Assembly (NCBI GenBank): GCA_051294905.1
Contig: CM119378.1
Location: forward strand, 2,358,001-2,422,000
Source of the DNA: Botryllus schlosseri
Taxonomy: Eukaryota
Direction: 5' to 3'
DNA length: 64,000 nt
A program made the position numbers and the translations under genes. The notes beneath the pieces are model-generated. The model saw only the letters and a list, made by a program, of their open reading frames with translations, ran no database searches and was not told the DNA's origin. Positions 61,548 through 64,000 of the stretch are shown in pieces (the first letter of the stretch is position 1; every line of letters starts with the position of its first letter).

Positions 61548-62559
61548 CTGTGACAAATGAACGCATATGATTTACATCGATTGCCAGCGCTTATGGATTC
61601 TATTCAGCGTCGATAATGTCATTGTAGCGGTATGCCAGAATGTTCTAGGCCAGAGGTCTCAAGCTCACATTTGCCTGCGGGCCAATTTCCTAGTTTTGGA
61701 TGACGTCGCGGGTCGCAGCATCGAATATAGGGGTATGCAATGTCTTTCCAAGCATATACCAGCAGGCCTTATTTGACGGGACCTTGCAGAATAAAATTCC
61801 ACACCCCTCGTTAAAATTTGATTAACTGAGATTCAATTCACGCCTCCAAGAAAAAAATCACATCTATAATTTTAATAAAATTGTTTTTGCACTTTTGCTT
61901 CCGACGCGGTCCGCGCAAAATGGGAGTAGGAAACATTGTCACATTTCAATGATTTGTTACCACTCCAGGCGTGGAATACAAGGCATAAATAGGCTTATAA
62001 TATCTGCGAAAGGCTGGATACGCCTGGAAAGCATACTGCGTTGGTTCAGGTTTCACAAAGAGGTATAGGGGGCGGAATATGTTCTAATAGGTAAGTACCA
62101 AAGCCCTGCTTCGCCCTTGTATATTTTTTTCTTCATTATTTCGATATTTCAAGAATTTAGGTATAGGACCACGGTTGGCGGTCTGATGGAATCTTAGCAA
62201 CCTCGCCAGCGCATTGATGCGCGGATTTTCACTGCTGGGGTAAATGGTGACAAAGTCTGAAGGAGTATTGATTTTTTGAGGAGAATAAGTTTGCCATATT
62301 GGTTAATAAAATATCCCAGACTGCTCCTAGGCCGTGGAACGGTGGTGTAGTCGGCAAGGGGGGCATCTTACCTCTGGCAATATTGAAGCGACCAGGTTCG
62401 AAATGGCATGCCATATGTTTTATCATCTCTTATTAGCACCTCATTCTCCGGAATTTCGGAAATAACGACCCATCGTTATGTAGCCTATTTGCTTCGCGGA
62501 ATATGACATGCCATAGTGGTAAATACATGTAAGCGCAATGTAATTGGATACCAGCATGT

Positions 62560-62686
62560 GGTGGGTGTCCGATTCCATAGACAACTCCTAGTCGCTTCGA
62601 CATCTTCCTTTCTTTTCATTGTATCGCATTTTTTTATGGTGTATTGAACTGATAAAATTGCTAATAGACCAATGATGATGATGATG
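62560..62686 (+). mobile_element. Short LINE 3'-end fragment with (GAT)n tail
   Basis: Near-identical to the reverse complement of 9000-9125. Similar short copies near 35900, 45680, 45980, 52665 and 54720. Confidence 0.8.
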
Positions 62687-63252
62687 TGCCTAACATATCA
62701 AATATTAGAGAATGTTGACGGTACTAGATAACAAACTTTGTATACTTTGACAGAATGACTATGACTATACCATACCTAATTTCCCGTTGTAGGTGTTGTC
62801 TGCATGCAAATCATATCTGCAACACTGGCAACAGTAGATTTTGTGTAATTGTTGGGTGAGAGCGTACAAAGCGTATGTCTACTGATTAATATTTATATCG
62901 TTACTGAGCTGACTAACGGACTTAATATCCTTCCGTTCAATGCTACATCGTTACAGGACATGACAACGACTCTATGCGTTGGTGTCAAACAATTGACACG
63001 AAGAAGACTATACGATATGATCATAATAACTCGTACATACTTACAGAAATTTATGCATCATGCTTTTGCTACATCGGCGACGGTGCGTGTATTTTAGTTA
63101 TCTGCAAGTATCCAAAACTGTAAGATCTGAAATACAAGAGCATAACACCAGTTCTGTCATTAATCTATAAGAGATTGCCAGCCGTAATAAGTTCAGAAAC
63201 TCTGGTGAATATAGTTGCGAGCCAATCAAGTAACAACAGCTAAAGGCTGCGG

Positions 63253-63876
63253 CAGTGGTTCTCAACCGGGGTTCCGCGAAGCATTATCAGGGGGTCCGCG
63301 AAGTCTAAAAATAGTTGATAACCTAATTTGTATTTTTTAAATTCGGAAAATCACCAGACAGTTTCGCTTCATTACTAGTAAAACTACAGAGCTCACATCA
63401 ACAGAATTGGCCGACTGAGATGACATATCCTACTGTACAGACTCTTTTTAATTTCTAAATTGCCAAAATAGCCTACTAATACAAACATTTTACTGTTTAG
63501 GGATGTTTTGTTGAGGATTGTGAAAAAAAAATTGTACGAGTAAGGTCAATCACGGCGGCTTCGAAATATTCACAAAATCCATTTTCTCCTGTTATATACA
63601 TAACAATTTATCCCATAGTACCTTCAAGATAAGCTGCTATAGATAGAAATGACCAGGCTTGACGTTATACGTCCATTTAAAAAAATTGCTTGTCAACTTT
63701 GGTGTTCATATTTGTTGCGATCATACCCAAATGTGTCGTCAGAAGTGTTACGCGTTATTTTTACATTCACCACAACCTATATTTGTGGAAATGGATTTTC
63801 GGCACTTGTTCATATGATATCGAAGGCGGGGATTTCCAAGATACGACCGATAAGACAAAAAGGTTGAGAACCACTG
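63253..63876 (+). mobile_element. Internally deleted hAT (Charlie-type) element retaining a dimerisation-domain remnant
   Basis: TIRs CAGTGGTTCTCAACC / GGTTGAGAACCACTG; degenerate TSD ggctgcgg/gactacgg; internal YPNVSSEVLRVIFTFTTTYICGNGFSAL. Confidence 0.8.
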
Positions 63877-64000
63877 GACTACGGTCTCGCGTAAAGCAAC
63901 TGCATTATCTGATGATATCTGTTCAACGCGGAAACGAGGTAGGAGGTACTGTCAATATTGTTCCCTCGTTATGCATAATCCCAAAAGGGCCTGGATGGGC

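Noticed and set aside
62372..62470. Possible PTB-like exon (VVISEIPENEVLIRDDKTYGMPFRTWSLQYCQR) ending in AG|GTAAGA on the minus strand
   Set aside because: An in-frame TAA lies just upstream with no acceptor between, so I could not build a valid exon.

Overview
AT-rich, transposon-dense animal DNA, probably from a marine invertebrate and plausibly a tunicate (taxon is inference only). The left 45 kb is a rapidly shuffling cluster of death-fold/caspase genes. It has three stand-alone intronless death-domain (DD) caspases with intact His/Cys dyads (3031-4635 +, 38879-40429 -, 42837-44501 -). It also has two spliced multi-domain genes that the ORF track shows only as fragments. Reading splice sites and intron phases by hand gives gene A (12820-20621, 4 exons, 1200 aa): DD, catalytically dead caspase, ZU5, UPA-like, RHIM-like motif, intact caspase. 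Gene B (27999-36720, 5 exons, 758 aa) reads: highly degenerate pseudo-caspase, TPR-like helices, ZU5, UPA-like, the related motif, short tail. Gene A looks like a duplicate of gene B whose front end was replaced by an inactivated copy of caspase 1 and whose back end was captured from caspase 4. It is a candidate single-chain sensor/effector with FIIND/PIDD-like logic. Also present: a THAP-domain exon at the left edge, an intronless P5CS (ALDH18A1), the 3' exons of a tyrosine-motif-rich adaptor-like gene, and many hAT MITEs (8-bp TSDs), piggyBac-like elements (TTAA), tRNA-derived SINEs and L2/CR1-type LINE 3' ends. All gene models and domain calls are by eye and need RNA-seq and profile/structure confirmation.
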